This document shows, one piece after another, positions 41,198 through 55,246 of a stretch of 64,000 bases of DNA. A program made the translations under genes and the position numbers. Below the pieces are notes generated by a model. That model did no database searches. It was not told the DNA's origin and saw only the letters and a list, made by a program, of their open reading frames with translations. The stretch spans positions 210,563 to 274,562 of the forward strand of contig MU057597.1 of NCBI GenBank assembly GCA_013265495.1, read 5' to 3'. The stretch comes from Vicugna vicugna. Taxonomy: Eukaryota. The stretch's first letter is position 1; the number at the start of each line of letters is the position of its first letter.

Positions 41198-42939
41198 TCC
41201 TGACTCCTCTTCTTTCCTCTTCCTCCTCTTCCCGACTTCTTCCTCAGACGAGTGGAGTCTTCAGAGATCAATCTTTCAAGCTGAAAACATTCTGTTTAAT
41301 GTTCCTAAAAAACACCCACTTCCTGTGCCACAACCACACACATCGGGGGAACCTCACCACGTGGACTAAACAGTCCTCTGCTGCCCGCTGTCACAGGAGG
41401 GACTCAGGACAGGAAACCACACAGAGACCAACCAGGGAGTTCTTCACATTTCTTGGTATCTCACCCCACTCGTGGTGAGGCCTACAAAGCGATTATTTGA
41501 CAAGTGTACACACTGTGTAATAATTCTCACAAGAAAGTAATTTATACTTCTGTCAACTCGAGATTACCATTTTGCCTCTATGTGGTGATTCCAAGTATAC
41601 AGTCGCACTATGAGAGTAACTACAGTCAGCAGGCTGTACATTAGATGTGCGGGTTGCACTATTTTATTTTACAACTCAACGTTTGTAACCTTTGGCCTAC
41701 ATCTCCCCGTTTCCCTCTCCACCCAGCCCTCAGGACAACCTTTACACTCCAAGGCTCTATGAGTCTCACATTTCAGGTTTCCAAGGAGCGTCCTTCTTCT
41801 GTCCTAATACTGTCTTAATTCATGGCTGACATAAATTTTCTGTCCACCCATGTGTCAACAGACATTTTAGCTCATTCTGCATCTCGGCTGTCCTGAATAA
41901 TGCAGTAATGCTCACTGGAGTGCAGATATTTCCCTCAATAGAATGATTTTGTTTCCTTTGGATATCTGGCCAGAGGTGTGTAATTTAAGCAAACAAACGT
42001 TAAGTGTATTACATTGTAAAGCCATCAATCAGTATGACGCAGATTAGTTGTCCACATCCAACAACTCACCTGCCATCTGCATTCAGTTTGCCCCCTCAAC
42101 CTGCACTATGTGTTTCCATTTCATTCTTTATCTGTCTCCCTATTTCTTTCTGTGTCTCTATCTTTGTTCCCCTCTACCCTCCCTCTGTCCCTGCTGCGCT
42201 CCTATCCCCTCCCTGGCTCCGGTCCTGCCCCACTCGGCAACGTGTTTCCCCTCTTGCTGCTCTTTCCCCCCAACCTTTCTGATTGCCCTGTATCTCCACG
42301 GATTTCTGCCTGATTCTTCCTCCACCTCTGCTCCCTGTCTGCCTGTGGCTTACATCCTTTCTATCCTTTCACCCTCCCTTCCTCCCCACTCTCACACCCC
42401 AGGTGGCTGTGCCTCCTTCCTGCTCCTTCTCTCTCTTCCTTTGCTCTCCAAGTCAATAGCTGTCCTCTGTTTGTCTCCCGGGATCACCATGCTTTGAAGG
42501 CCATGGTTCCAAGTCTTCTAAACTCTCTCCCACTCCCTGTGTGAAGCGCCTAACCGTTGTTAGTCACCGTCTCCCCACCTTCCCGCGGACCCAGGGCCCC
42601 TCTCCTGCTGTGGCTCTCCAATGCCCAGAGATCCTGTTCATTTATTCATGTGTCTATTTTACCCACCTGCTATTTTAAGGGATAAATGTATTTACTACCG
42701 TTTTGCAAGTGCCTCAGCCATCCTCAACGACACCATCGATTCTCCATCATTCTTTTCTCCTCAGTGTTTGTACTTTCCTCTGAGCTGCTCTCTGTCTCTG
42801 TTTCAACTGAACCCCTCGCCCAGGAATTTACTGCAGGAGTGAATAAATGCCTGCCTAAAGGGAGAGACCGTTTTCCAGTGGAGTCGAATTTGGGACTAAC
42901 AATACTGGGGAATCACACGGCTGACTCAGGTAATCTTGT

Positions 42940-43560
42940 ATGCGGGGTGGGGGAAGGGCTGACTACGAAGGGGAGGAGGAGCAGGACAGCCCTGAGGAGG
43001 CCGCGAGGATATAAGGGCTGGAGGGAGGGGATCTCTGGTGAGGCCGAGCTCCCCAAAATTCCGGGACCCGGCCTCCCGGGAGCGGGGCGGCCGGCGCCGC
43101 CCTTGAGGCTGGGGGCGCGAGTCCACCTCGTGGAAGAGGACGTTACACGGCCGGCGGAGAAGGGAGGGAGTAGAGAGTCAAGAGCAGGAAAATATCAGGA
43201 AAGGCAGCGCCTCAGTGACCGAAGGCACAAAAGCCAAGGCCAGGGAGCAGCCTCAGAGCGGTTTCAGGATCCCCGACCTGGAGCGGCGCGTCCGGACTTC
43301 CGTGGCCGAGCGGGGCCGGGTGCTGGGGCTTTAGCTCCGTAGACTCCGCGCTGCACACTTACACCAAAAAAGAGAAAGGAGCTGTGCTCCACAGCCTCCG
43401 ATCGGCGACCCCCGCTTTCGCTGCCGGAAGAATGTGAGCTGAGTTAGAGGCGGGACCTCGTAGGCCGGGGCGTGGGCGGAGCGCCAGCGGCGGGGCGGGG
43501 CGAGGAGGGAGCGCAGCTCTTTAATTGGTGCGCCGTGAGACGGGGGGCGGGGGTGCTGCT
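42940..43560 (-). promoter_or_regulatory. CpG-island promoter of gene B
   Basis: CpG-rich with GC boxes and a candidate GTAAGT donor at about 43362-43357. Homologous to the A and C promoters. Confidence 0.7.
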
Positions 43561-44708
43561 CCATATGTTAAAACGGCTCATTTTAAGTTATTCTCTGGAA
43601 CAGTTTTACGGTAAAATCTTACAGTTGTGTAGACCATTTAGGTAGGAAACTAAGATGCTACCTCATAACAACTTGAAACCGGTTTCAATAAAAAGCTGCT
43701 TGGACTTAAGAGTGTAGCTCAGGTAGCCTGTGTGCTTAGAATGTGCGAGATCCTGGGTGAATTCGCAGTCCCTCTATTAAAATTCAAATAAATATAAGGA
43801 ACCTAACTCCGACCCCGCCCCACCACCAAAGAAAAAAGCAAATTCTGCCGGAAAGAGGTTCTCTTGCCCCTCACCTGAAGCTCAAGAAATGCACTGGTTG
43901 GGAATTTGGTCTCCATGTGGTTGCTGTTGGCAGTGGTGGATCTACAAATATTTTCTTAAATTACAATTAATTTAACCGTTTTAAGGAAATAAGAGCTGGA
44001 CTCTGTCTCTGTATCACAAACTTGAATGAGAAATAAAAAACGCTCCCCGGATAGAATGGGCCATTTCATACTGACAACGTGACACAACACCTTTTCCTCT
44101 CTGCTCTTCATTCGGTCAGGAGGCCAAACTCAACACTCTGCTGGGTTCCATCAACTCAGAGACAAAACCTAGGGTCTGAGACTTAAGGACTACAACATAC
44201 GATAAATTCGATCACTAACCGTTGCTTTAAAAAGAGCAATACATTTTTCAAATGGTTATGAATTGCATTTTCTTTTTGCTAACGAGTTTTACTTGCCTTT
44301 TAAAACCACATTTTCTCCCCAGTTTTATTGACATGTACTTGACATACATCGCTGTATGACTTAAAGTGTCCAGCAAAATGTTATGACATTTATTGAAATA
44401 ATTACTGCAATAAGAAAAACTGCATTATTCTTTAAAACAGTTGCTCTTTTCCACACTCTTAAGACCTTTAACTATCTTTGACAAAAACTTGTTTATAAAA
44501 TTATACTTACATATATAACTAAACATAATGTAATATCTAATTGATTATATGTTCATTATGAAGGTAATTAAAAACGTGTTCCTTTTATTTTCAAATGGTA
44601 ATCTATTTTAGCTCCTTTCTTTATGTTCTATTCCTAAGAGTTCTGCCAAGTGTGGGTAACAAAGCCTGAGAATAATTAACTTGCAGTATTAACAAGGAGA
44701 TTTATTTG

Positions 44709-45388
44709 TGTAATAGAGAAGAACAAATGTGACTCCACATTAGGTCTGTTTCTTCTACTTTAACCTTTGTATTATTAACCTAAGCAAAGGTTATTTACTT
44801 TAAACTTTGTATTGCTCTTTTTAAAGTAAGTCACTTAAAGTCTCACCAGTGGTTTTACATCTGCAGAACACTGAGAACTGGGGTGATATTTTGAGGATTG
44901 AAATTGCTTCACATTGTGATCCTACATTTTATATTCACTATATTCCCTAAAGTATACCTTAATAAATATTTTATGACCAGGAAAAAAATGCAAATCACTA
45001 AAGAGAGATTGCCCATGAGCTCAAATGATACATAATGGCCCATCTCTGGGAATGCTGCCTCCCAGGCAATCAGTGTTCAGCTACAATACCTTTCAGTAGC
45101 TCACAGAAACATCCTGGCCCGTGAATGACTGCCAGAAAGATGAAATTAACACATCCCCTCAGGAGGCTGATCGGAATCAGGAAATATCTGACTATACTCT
45201 CCCTCTTCTTTTAGTACAAAAGAAGCCTATATTCCAGCTCAGGCAAGATGGTTTCTGAGAAGAGTAATCCCCATCTCCTCTGTCTGCTGATGGTCCAAAT
45301 AAAGCCGCTATTCCTTGCCCTAGCAACTACTCTGTTCAATTTATCTCCCTGTCATGAAGTGAACAGTATGAGTTTGAACTCAGTAACA
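44709..45388 (+). mobile_element. Solo LTR (ERV1, MER41-like)
   Basis: TGTAAT...GTAACA ends and AATAAA at about 45298. Absent from the homologous region upstream of C. Confidence 0.65.
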
Positions 45389-45974
45389 ATAGGGAGGTAT
45401 ATTCTTTCATATGAGCCCTAAAGAAAGTAAAATTAGATTAGCAAGGATACAATAACTTCATTTCACCCCTCACCATTTTTCAGGCACTATCTGTTAGATA
45501 ACTTCTACTACGAAGTAGGTTTTGTCACATCCCTGCATGTGAAACATTTCATCCACAGAGACATGAGAATCCACTGAAATGTGATGATGTTTAGATAGGG
45601 AAATTAGTATATTTAAAATATTTTCAGTGGGGAGGGTATAGCCCAGTGTTAGATCACTTGCTTAGCATGCACAAGGTCCTGAGTTCAACCCCCAGGACCT
45701 CCATTAAAAAAAATAAAATTCTTATTAAATTCAAATTAATTACCTTCCCCCCAAAATTAAAAACATTGCTTTTCATTTAAAATATTTTCAAGCAAAATGG
45801 GCAGAATGTCCTGATGTAGCACACATATGAGTACAAGGTGATCTATCACATTTTTAAGAGATGCAGTAACTCCGATAAACATAAACTTGACTAGGTAGAC
45901 TACTCCACATCAGACAGTACTGCTGCATTTCTGGGAAAACTGGAAGGCTGCCTGCAAAAGACTCTCTAGCACCA

Positions 45975-46810
45975 TACACAAGAATACTCAAAATGGATTA
46001 AAGACTTAAACCGTAAAACTCCTAGAGGAAAACACAGGGAGAACACTACTGAAGTTAAATCACAGCAATATTTATTTTTGAACAAGCTCCTGGACTAACG
46101 AAAATGAAAGCAAAAATTAACAAATGTGATCCGGGAGGTAGGAAGGAATAGACGGGATTTCAAAATGTAGAACAGATAAACCAGATTATACTGTATGGCA
46201 CATATATACACGATCTTGTGGTAGCTCACAGCGAAAAAAATGTGACAATGAATATATGTATGTTCATGTATAACTGAAAAATTGTGCTCTACACTGGAAA
46301 CGGACACAACATTGTAAAATGACTATTACTCAATAAAAAAAGTTTTAAAAAAATGTGATCTAATTAAACTGAAAAGCTTTTGCACAGCTAAGGATACCAT
46401 CACCAAAACTAAAATGGAAAGACAACCTACTGAATAGGAGAAAATATTTTCAAATGATGCAACTGACAAGGGACTAATTTCCAAAATATACAAACAGCTC
46501 ATACAAGTTAATGTCAAAAAAACAAGCAGCCCAATCAAGAAATGAGAAGACCTAAATAGACATCTCTCCAAAGAAGACAGACAGATGGCCAACAAACACA
46601 TGAAAAGATGCTCAATATCACTAATTGTTAGAGAAATGCAAATCAAAACTATAGTGAGGTATTACACCTCACACCTGTCATAATGGCCATCATTAACAAG
46701 TTCACAAACGATTAATGATGGAGAGAGTATGGAGAAAAAGGAATCTCCTACACTGCAGGTGCAAATGTAAATTGGTGCAGCCACTCTGGAGGACACTGTG
46801 GAGGACACTA
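45975..46810 (+). mobile_element. LINE-1 ORF2 3' part with a nested younger L1 3' end (about 46132-46350)
   Basis: L1 ORF2-like sequence. The nested piece has an A-rich tail and an AAATGTGATC TSD. Confidence 0.85.
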
Positions 46811-47218
46811 AGGAGTAAGTCAGAACAAATTTCCCTCTATTGTTCTGTTATCCAGATTTTACCAGGTATTGTGCATATTAACACCCGACTTCCATGGGCA
46901 CCTTCTTTATCAGCTTTACAGAGGGGGCAGTGCATCATGATGGAGGCGCTAAGTAGTCTCTCCTGCTGAACAGCACTCACACCGTGTCTGGAATATATGG
47001 GTGTCAAGCCCTGACCAGTGGAGCCTCTTCACAAGTTCCAGGTCCCGGGGTCCCGGGGGTGGAGTCTAAGTGGGGAGGACAGGCGCTGAGGGAGGGTCCT
47101 GGGTGACTGTGAATGTACAGGTGTCAGGCAGGACACTGTAGTCAGACAGGATTAGCGAGTCCAAAGAAGGGCATTTCAGGAAGGACAGACGGGGAATCCA
47201 GTGAGAATATGACGTTAC

Positions 47219-47309
47219 CTGGGAAGGAGCCATTTCTGACTCCTTTTCTGTCCTCTTCCTCCTGTTCTGGGATTCTTTCTCAGGCAACATGAGTCTTCAG
47301 AAGTCAATC
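47219..47309 (-). pseudogene. Unit C start exon (MLPEKESQNRRKRTEKESEMAPSQ); orphan 5' gene fragment
   Basis: tttcag| and |gtaacg splice sites. The peptide resembles the ZNF808-type N-terminus [21 protein letters not shown]. No KRAB or finger exon was found before the B promoter. Confidence 0.7.
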
Positions 47310-50199
47310 CTGAAAGTTGGAAAGATGCAGCTTCATGCTGAGAATCAGCACATCCCTCTCTGCGCCACAACCACACACACAGGGGAGACCTCACCACGTG
47401 GAACAGAGTCCTCTGCTGCCCGCTGTCCCAGGAGGGACTCAGGACAGGAATCTCCACACACACACCAACAAGGGAGTTTCCCCACACTGTCCTCAGATCA
47501 CCTTCCCCTCCTGGTGAGCCCCTCCCCTACACGGCAGAAGTGGGTGCCTCAGCTGGACCCGACAGCCCCCTTCAGGTCACAGACCAGGCCCTGATCCATC
47601 CCCACGCAGAGCAGAGCCCCCTCCCCCTCAGCCCAGATCCCAGCCCTCAGGATGGGAGGACTCAGTCAGGATGCTCAGTGAGGCATCCAGACTGGAATCA
47701 CCTGGGGGTCCCCGAAGTTTTATTGAGGTTGGATCTTACACACAATATGAAGGGAAATCTCTGGTCTGAGGGTACAAAGCATGTACATACAAAATGCCCC
47801 ATCAAACTAATATGAAGCCTGGGTTGAGCACCAGAGGAGGCAATCCCAGCACACCTCCCACTTTCCTTAGAACAGGATAAGCTCCCAGGAAGAGGCTGGA
47901 GACACTAGCAGGGACCTGAGGATGACACAGGGCTGTGTAGACATAGTGAGGAGCCTGGATTTTGTCCTGAAGACAAGTTAAGAGCCAATGGAGATCTGAG
48001 TGCAGGACTGACATAATTTCTCCTCAAATTACACCTAATGCAGAGAAATACATCTGACTGTGGTCACTTCTACTCTGAGTCTATGTTCTTGTCTCCATCC
48101 TAGCATTTCTCTTTTCCTTTTTCATTCTGGGAGGATTGGTACCCATTTAAAATTAAATACAACTGGACACTCTCTCAAAAATAACTACCATACACAGTCA
48201 CACAGCCAATTTGGCCAATCATTTCAGGGGTCAGTGTTGCTCAGACAGACAATTTCTGTTTGACTTTCTCATCTCTGTGTTACAGGTGGGCTCCCTGAGA
48301 CGCAGAGGAGAGCTATTTCTGAGAAAGTGCTGGGTGGAGTGAACAGAACCTGGTGTAACTGAATTCTGAAATGGGATCCTGAAGGGCCAATGGGCAGAGT
48401 CTGTCCTTCTCATCCTTCCAAATTAAAACACCAGGACCATTTTTTCACGTTCTTCAGCAAAGGAAACTTCTCCTTCAAAGTATGATCATACTGATACCAA
48501 GCATTTAATTCTTTCCCTGAAGATTGCAGTAAAAATTTTAAAGACAGAGAAATGAAAAAAAAAAGGCATTGGTGTAGAAAACACTTTAAGGGGTCAGCTT
48601 AGAAATAAGCTAAGCAAACTTCTTCATCATAAATAGACAGGCTCTTTTGGAAAAAGGTTCCAAGTCAGTCCAGCCCATCCTTCATCACATGCAGAGACAG
48701 TCAAGAGGGACCTCAGGGAACATCTTCATGTTACCTCACAGCTCACTATTTTAACAGATCACAGGAAAAGGAAGAAAACTGAATATTAGACTAAGTGGTT
48801 ACACTAGGTTTTGACTGTTAACATAAAAGATAATTGATATCTTTACCAACTGCTCATCATAATAGGCTAAAATTATTTTCTAATTACCAAAGAACTTCTC
48901 CAATATATTAGATAAAGAGGAGAAAGCAGGAAGGCCTCAAAAAAAAAAAAAAAACCCTAAAACAAGTTAAAAGAAGAAATGATTTGTGATTTTTTTTTAA
49001 TCTAAAAATTCCGGTGTCAAAGTTTTAAAAGCATGACAATAGATCATATATAGAAAAGAAGGAAATGAGTTTATTATAGAAGACCATGAAAGCTTATTCC
49101 AGAAGCTAATAATTATTTACAGGGAAACTGAATGAACTAAGATTTATTCCAATCTGCAAAAAGAATTATATGTAAAGGAACAGAAAAGTAAAAGTAAATC
49201 CATCATCATCAAAAAAAAAAAAACAAACCGACTTTTAATGTCCCATTTAAGAGGCATCATGTAGTGACACTCACTAATTGCTTTGCCCACGAGTTCTCTC
49301 CGTAATCCTCTAGGCCATGTCAGGGCAAGGCAAGAGGGTGACCCACAACCTAGTGAATCAAGCCACTGCCCCCTGATAGAAATAATTACAAAATGCACAT
49401 ACAAACTTAATAGATAAGAGTTTTGCCATTCTCATCCTCATCAGAATAACTTAAATTTTAAATGTACAATATTCTAAAGCCACAAATCATAGATCACAAC
49501 TTCATTGTGCAGATCCAAACTCACCACCCAACCGCATGCAGTTTCCCCCTCTACCTGCACTGCTATGTGTTTCCATTTGTTTGTCTCTCTCCGTATTTGC
49601 CTCTTTTTGTCCCCCCCCCACTCTTCTGTGTCTGCCCTCCCCTCTATTTCTTCACTCACTCCTGTCCTGCCCCACTCTGCAATTTCTTCTCTCTCGTTAC
49701 TCTTCCCTCACAACCTCTCTGTCTTAAATTCTCTTCGTATTTCTGCCTCTTTTTTCCAATCTCTGCTCCCTCTCTACCCTCCGGGTTACACCCCTTCTAT
49801 CCTGTTGTCTTCTCTTCCTCCTCACTCTCTGGCATCCCCTGGTGGCTGTGGTTCCTTGCTGCTCTCTCTCTGCCTCTGCTCTTCTTTGTCCTTTCTCTTC
49901 CAGCAGCATGATGCTTAGGCCATGGTTACACTTTTTATTCTCTTCCTCACTCTGGGTGAAGTGACTCAACACTGTTGCCCCCTCCCCACCGCAGATCCAA
50001 GGCCCATCTTCCCTAGGTTGCTCTCCAATCCATGGAAAGTCCGCTTTTTTGTTCACTTCTCTAATTTATCCAAGTGCTACTTTCAAGGGTTAATCTTTCT
50101 TTTTGTACCTTTGGCAATGCCTTCCTACCGGAAGAGGTCGTTTTCCAGCGGGGTGGAATTTGGAACGTAACAAAACACTGTATGTCTAGGCTGAGCCAG

Positions 50200-50900
50200 G
50201 TCACGTTCCCCTACGCGGGGTGGCGAGAGGGCTAACTACGAAGGGGAGGCCCGCGGAGCAGAAGGACCGGCCTGAGGACAGAGGGGCTGGGAGGGAGGGG
50301 GTCTCAGGAGAGGGCCGGGCTCCCTAGAATCCCGGGACCCGGGAGCGGACGCGGCCTCACGGGAGCGGGGCGGCCGGTGCGCCCTTCAGGGGCCGAGAGG
50401 GCGAGGCTGAGGGCGCGAGTCCACCTCGCGGAAGAGGACGTTACATGGAGGAGAGACGGGCACCGGTAGTATATGGGTTTAAGAAGGAAAAATATCACGA
50501 AATGCGGTGCCTACATGGATCGAAGGCAGAAAAACCAAGGAAAGAGACCAGCCTCAGGGCGATATCAAACCCAAGGGAGCGGCGCCGTCAGGCTTTACGT
50601 GGCCGGAGGGCCGGGTGCTCCAGTTTTAGGTCCGTAGTGACTCCCACATCCTGAGTAAAACGGACAACGGAACACAAACAGTAGGAAGCAGAAACTTACT
50701 ATCTGCTACGGGACCATCCCTCCCCGCTCTCCGCTTCCGGGTCTGTCAGTATCTTCGCTCGCGAAGTTAGAGGCGGGACTTCCGGGGCCTGGGCGGGGGC
50801 GCTCCGGGCGGGNNNNNNNNNNNNNNNNNNNNNNNNNNNNNNNNNNNNNNNNNGGGGGCGCTCCGGGCGGGGGCGGGGCGAGGAGGGAGCTTAGGTCTGC
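50200..50900 (-). promoter_or_regulatory. CpG-island promoter and exon 1 of unit C
   Basis: CCGGAAGT at about 50778-50785, GC boxes and a GTAAGT donor at 50699-50694. Confidence 0.75.
50813..50852. other. Assembly gap (40 N)
   Basis: Run of N. Confidence 1.
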
Positions 50901-52651
50901 GCAGGGAGACAGATAAAATCGGGAAAGAGGTGGGAAGGGGATGGTGCTTCCCCGTACCCTTAAACGACTCATTTTAAGTTACCTGTTTGCAACAGTTTTA
51001 ATGTAAAAGCTTACCGTTGTGTGGAGCAGTTATCTCGAAAACTAAGATGTTTCCTCCTCAGAAGTTGAAAACGCTCTCAATAAAAAGCCGTTTGTGCCAG
51101 CAGGCCTTGTCCTGCTTGTGAGGCGCAATGAAGTCAGTGGTTGAGAACCTGGGTCTGCAGGTGGTCGCTGTGGGGCGGTGTTGCATCACGGAATACTTTC
51201 TGCAAGTTGAATTAATTTAAGAAGTTTTAGAAAACGAGAGTTGGACTTCTCTCAGTATTACAAAATAGAATGAGAAATACAAAACTCTCCCTGGGTAGAA
51301 TGGACCATTTCAGACTGACACCGTACAGAACAGCTTTTCCCTTCTATTCCTCATTCAACCAGGATTCCAACTCAGCTTGCTGTCACTTCCAGAGACTCAG
51401 GGACAAAACCTCAGGTCTGAGATTGGAGGACTAAAGCATGTGGTAATTTCTGTCACTAACCAATTTCTTTAAAAAGGGAAAACATTTTTAAAAATTGTTA
51501 TACATTGCATTGTTCTTTCTTTTCTGCCACAGTTTTATTTTCCTTTTAAAACCACATCTCCCCAGTTTTATTGACATGAACTTGATATACATCACTATGT
51601 GAGTTTCTGGTGTACAGCATAATGTTCTGACTTACATGTATTGAAATACTTATTGCGATAAATTTAGTAATCATCCATCATCTCATGTTGATACCACAGA
51701 AACAGAAAACAAAAAAAAATTTTTATGAGTACTGCAATATATTTTTTTAATTTTTTGTTGCAGTTTTTTTAAATTAAATTTTAAATCAAATTTTTTTAGG
51801 ACGCAGGTAATTAGGTTTATTTATTTATTTATTTTTGATGGAGGTAATGAGGATTGAACCCAGGACTTTGTGCTTGCTAAGCATGTGCTCTATCGCTGAG
51901 CTATATCCTCCCCCCAATATTCTTTAAAATACTTGCTAAATTCCACACTTGTGAAAATTACCTTCAACTATCTTTCAGAAAAAATTCTTTATAAAATTAT
52001 ACTTACATATTTAGTAACTGAACATAACGTAATCTCAAAGTGACTATATGCTTAAGACCGTAATTAGAAAGTTTCACTTTTTATATTCAAATTGTTATAT
52101 AATTTAGTACTTTCCTTTGTCTTCTATTTCTGAAAATTCTAACAAGTGTGGATAACAGAGCTTGTAAAGTATTTAGTCTTCAGAAGACATTGGGATTTAT
52201 TTACATCTAAAGAAAAATTAAGTTGCAGTCCTTATAAGGGCAGTTGGTAAGTGGTATATTCTTTTTAATATGAACCATAAAGGAAGTAAAGCTAGAATAC
52301 CAATATGCAATAACTTCATTTCAGTCCTCAATATTTTTATGGCAATAACTGTGAAATAGCATCAACTATGAAGTATTATCACATCCCTACATGTGAAATA
52401 TCTCATCCATAGAGACATGGGAATCCATTGAAATATGATGATGTTTACAAAAGGAAATTTGCATATTTAAAATATTTTCAGGTAAAATGTGCAGAATGTC
52501 CTGATGTAGCACACATATGAATATAAGAAACTATGTCACATTTTAAAAAAGACACAGGGATTCAAATGAATTTTGTGAGCTTTATTAGGCAGATTACACT
52601 GTATACACAATATTTCTCAGTAGCCATATTGGTAAGAAGATTTTATGAACC

Positions 52652-53278
52652 TGTGAGTGAAAAACGTTGTCTGCCATATCAGCAAACAAAAGACGGTATG
52701 GCCACCAAGCTATCAGCCGCTACCACTGCCCCAGACAGTGAACCTGAGGGAACCCAGGATGGAGAAAAAGAGGCTTCCTGTTAGACAAGCCCTCACCCAT
52801 GGCAGCCACTCCCAATGGTTCAGCCAAGGGGCCGGGGAAGGGAAAAGAGTAGGATACTGACCTTATATCGTTAAGACTGCATATCAGAGGGATGATTTCA
52901 ATGAACTGAGAGTCTTCCAGCTTCCCATGTTTAGCAAAGAGCTGAATTCATGACCTTGAGAAGTCTGTTTTGTTTTTCATTTTCTTTTCTTTTAAAATGG
53001 AAGTCCTGGGGATTGAACCCGGGGCCTCATGCATGCTAAGCATGCACTCTACCACTAAGCTATACTCTTTAATGAAGAGTAATCTTTTGATATGCTGACT
53101 ACATGGTTTTTGTTGCAAAATTCGTATGTATCCTGGCACCCCCCACCCTCCCTTCCTCCTCAGAGCAGTCTCTCAGAGCTATGTGAGGGACTGCCGCCCA
53201 GGATGCAAGAACTCAGAAAGTCCGCCAAATAAAACATAATCCTCAACTTTTACGTTGTGCATTTTTTTTCAGTTGGCA
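52652..53278 (+). mobile_element. ERV1 solo LTR with a nested SINE
   Basis: TG...CA ends, a 4-bp TSD AACC and AATAAA at about 53228. Related to the LTR at 5385-5848. Confidence 0.8.
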
Positions 53279-54734
53279 AACCCAATGTCTTGCATCTTGT
53301 ATCTAGACTAGCACTAAAATGACTAATGGCGACATCTGCTCCTCGTGACAACCAGCAAGTCTTTGTCTCCTCAGACCCCTTTGTTTCAGACCCTAACCCT
53401 GCAGCTGTCTGGTGCTCAGGCCCCGCCCTGATACCATCTTTCTTTCTCCTCTGCAAAAGCCTGCCCCTTTAAACCCAGACCTTCTGAGGATCCAAATGCT
53501 AAACCCCATATTACTGTTTATAAGTTAGTAGCAATTGCCCTACATTTTTTATAATAGGCAAATATACTCGAAAACTCCCAGAAAACATTTTCTCTCCATG
53601 TTAGCTTTAAAACAGCTTACAATTCTGGAAATATATACATACATAATTTACATTTGAGCTATGAACTCCATAGTGTAAACCTGATTATTTCTGTGGCTGT
53701 AATGGAAATACCATGGCAGTGAAACTTCAGACTGAAGCTCCCTAAAACCTGCCTCTCCATGCCTCAGTACACACCATACGATAGTAATTCCACATGCCTT
53801 TCTTAGGGCTGAAATTAGACCCATGGTTTACATACTTAAATGAAATGAAAATAGAAATATAGTAGGACTATGGAAAATAGGAGGAAATACAATTTCAAAA
53901 ATAAGGATTAAAATGAGACTACCTTCTGTGCTTGGAGTGCTCAGAGAAACAATCGGAAAAGATCAATGTTCATGAATTTCCTCTAAGTATGAACACAAAA
54001 AATGGGATTGTTTAATAGATAAACTTGAAATTTCACCTATTCACTCTCCAACACATTTTTTATTAGTTTGCACTTTTGCTTTGTTTTTTGAAAACGAAGG
54101 CGCCCCACTCAATGTTTAGTTTGGATGTCAGGTCTAAGAACTTCATACACTAAAGTGTTAGAATATTTGTCACATAATGAGGTTTCCTGGGGAGAGCAGG
54201 GTAGACCTCCCACATTGGTCCAAAAATGGCTAGAGAGAGCAGAGAATGGAGATGGGCTCGCCTTATGGTGGGTACCGGACTGGGCTGAGTGATGGTACTT
54301 CTCTACGGTGTGAACCCACAACTACTGCCAAGGAAAGGCATGCTCAGTTTTTAGTAACAGCTTGCCATGCTCACCTGGGCAGAACACAAAGAGCCTGTAG
54401 TAAGTCTCAAAGTGTCTGGAGGATGGTTGTACTATTTCGGAATACAATATGCCAAAATGCTCTATCTGTAAAGCTGATAAAGAAAAGCGCAACAAAGAGG
54501 TACGCTTGTATAGACATAATAGGAAGTTACCATAATCACAAGTACATGTGAAGATAACCCATTTAAAAGGGTGAATACACAAAAATACTAACTACATTCA
54601 GTAGTTGAAAAATAGAAATAATTTGCTTAGGACGTTATATCCTGATATGACGGCTTCATATCCTGATTCAGCCACCTGCTGAGATGGGATTCATTAAGTC
54701 TTTAAACCTGCCTTTGTCCTAAGTTCCTTCATTT

Positions 54735-55246
54735 AAAAAAAAATAAATATTTTACTGAAGTACAGTCTGTTTACAATGTTGTGTCAAGTTCTGGTGTACA
54801 GCATGTTTCAGTCATACATGAACATACATATATTCATTTTCATTCTTTTTCACCATGTTACTACAAGGTGTTGAATATAGTTCTCTGTACTATGCAATAT
54901 AAACTTTTTTATTTTTTANNNNNNNNNNNNNNNNNNNNNNNNNNNNNNNNNNNNNNNNNNNNNNNNNNNNNNNNNNNNNNNNNNNNNNNNCCCCCCGATA
55001 ACCATGTTTGTTTCCTATGTCTTTGAGTCTGTTTCTGTTTTGTAAGTTTGTCTTTCTTTAGATTCCACATACGAGTGATACCATATGGTATTTTTCTTTC
55101 CCTTTCTGGCTTACTTCATAAATAACAATCTCCAGGTCCATCCATGTTGCTGCAAATGGCATTACTTTATTCCTTTTCATGGTTGAGTAGTAGTCCATCA
55201 TATAAATATACCACAGCTTCTTTATCCAGTCATTTGTCAATGGACA
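54735..55246 (-). mobile_element. Young 5'-truncated LINE-1 inserted in a probable MIR; contains an N gap at 54919-54990
   Basis: WIKKLWYIYMMDYYSTMKRNKVMPFAATWMDLE motif and a CCTTCATTT TSD. Confidence 0.85.

Noticed and set aside
42686..43342. 218-aa plus-strand ORF
   Set aside because: Lies in a GC-rich CpG island, has no recognisable domain and is not kept open in the A or C homologs.
50795..50872. GGGGCGCTCCGGGCGGG duplicated on both sides of the N gap
   Set aside because: Most likely overlapping contig ends.
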